Shown piece by piece: positions 63,301-64,000 of a stretch of DNA of 64,000 nt. A program made the position numbers and the translations under genes. Every line of letters begins with the position of its first letter. Within the stretch, counting starts at the first letter, position 1. The stretch is from Leucoraja erinacea (taxonomy: Eukaryota). The notes beneath the pieces were generated by a model. It was not told where the DNA came from, did no database searches, and saw nothing but the letters and a program-made list of their open reading frames with translations. The DNA lies in assembly GCF_028641065.1 (NCBI RefSeq), contig NW_026575913.1, forward strand, positions 1 to 64,000, read 5' to 3'.

Positions 63301-64000
63301 TTCTACCCCGCGACAGAAGGGGAGGGTTTGTAGTTTGACAGCCGTAGGGAGAAGAGATCTCCTGTGGCGTTCTGTACTGCATCTTCGTGAAGACAGGTCC
63401 CCTCAGTTTCGCCCGTCCACTGATATTGTTGGCAGTACACGATGAATTTATACACCATCATCCACACAGTTACCTCCAAAGCCCACCTACCTTGTTGATA
63501 TCCAAGCATATCTCACCCGTAGTCATTGATAGGTTGATTCCAACATTAAAATGTCATATGTTTCGGACACAGATTATATTTTATACATCCCATATACAAT
63601 CGTTAATGAGAAACATACGCCACTGTCCGCACATTCATGCATTTCAACATCCCATAACACCAGTTGAAGCAGGGTCTCGATCTGAAACGTCATCTATCCA
63701 TGTTCTCCAGAAATATTGTCTGACCCGTTGAGTTACTCTAGCATTCTTTTGTCAGTTTGTGTAAACCAGCATTTGCAGTTCCTTATTTGTACATCCCACA
63801 ACACCCGATGGAATCAAATGGCATTTGTGAGTCACCGTGTACTTCTGTCAATTAAGTTGTGATTCTCGATTCACTTCAAATCATATATGATCTCAGCTTT
63901 TGAAGTATTGAACGCGTGTGTAACAATTCTCCCAAATGGTCCATTGATAGAAATATTTTATTCAGAACTTTTCAAAGTACGTTACTTACAGAAATTGAAT
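60220..64000 (-). repeat. Inverted segmental duplication, arm 2 (runs off the window end)
   Basis: Mirror ORFs are nearly identical (49404-49748 vs 63387-63731 differ at 2 of 114 aa; 52148-52360 vs 60665-60877 are identical). Confidence 0.93.
62734..63217 (+). mobile_element. CR1 family A 3' fragment nested in a minus-strand Rex-like tail (about 62680-63400)
   Basis: ORF 62752-63135 with tail; the host sequence resumes AAACACGAGATAC. Confidence 0.92.

Overview
Repeat-rich vertebrate genomic DNA, probably from a cartilaginous fish such as a skate or ray (inferred from the CR1, HE1-like SINE and Penelope repeat mix and the receptor family). It contains one 211-N assembly gap (59326-59536). Among the transposons lies a small cluster of two-exon class A GPCR genes of the GPR139/GPR142-like type. 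The ORF track does not show them as genes because each starts with a 70-nt, phase-1 first coding exon. Gene B (+; 37371-37440 joined to 47947-48836; 319 aa) is intact. Gene A (-; 31454-31523, then 24395 down to 19025) is broken by a DIRS tyrosine-recombinase retrotransposon and lacks about 70 codons. Gene C (+; 58283-59215) has a CR1 inserted in its first exon, and its second exon is not visible. All three have similar TAAT/TATA proximal promoters. A recent inverted duplication (49135-52805 vs 60220-64000) predicts a fourth, B-like copy just beyond the window, unless it is a mis-joined haplotig. Other content: at least three CR1 families including a near-intact full-length copy; L2, Rex/Babar, L1-like and Hero/R2-like fragments; a MITE with 8-bp TSD; a probable Helitron; and Penelope-derived elements that insert as inverted pairs and carry minimal hammerhead-ribozyme motifs. 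No prokaryotic features were seen.
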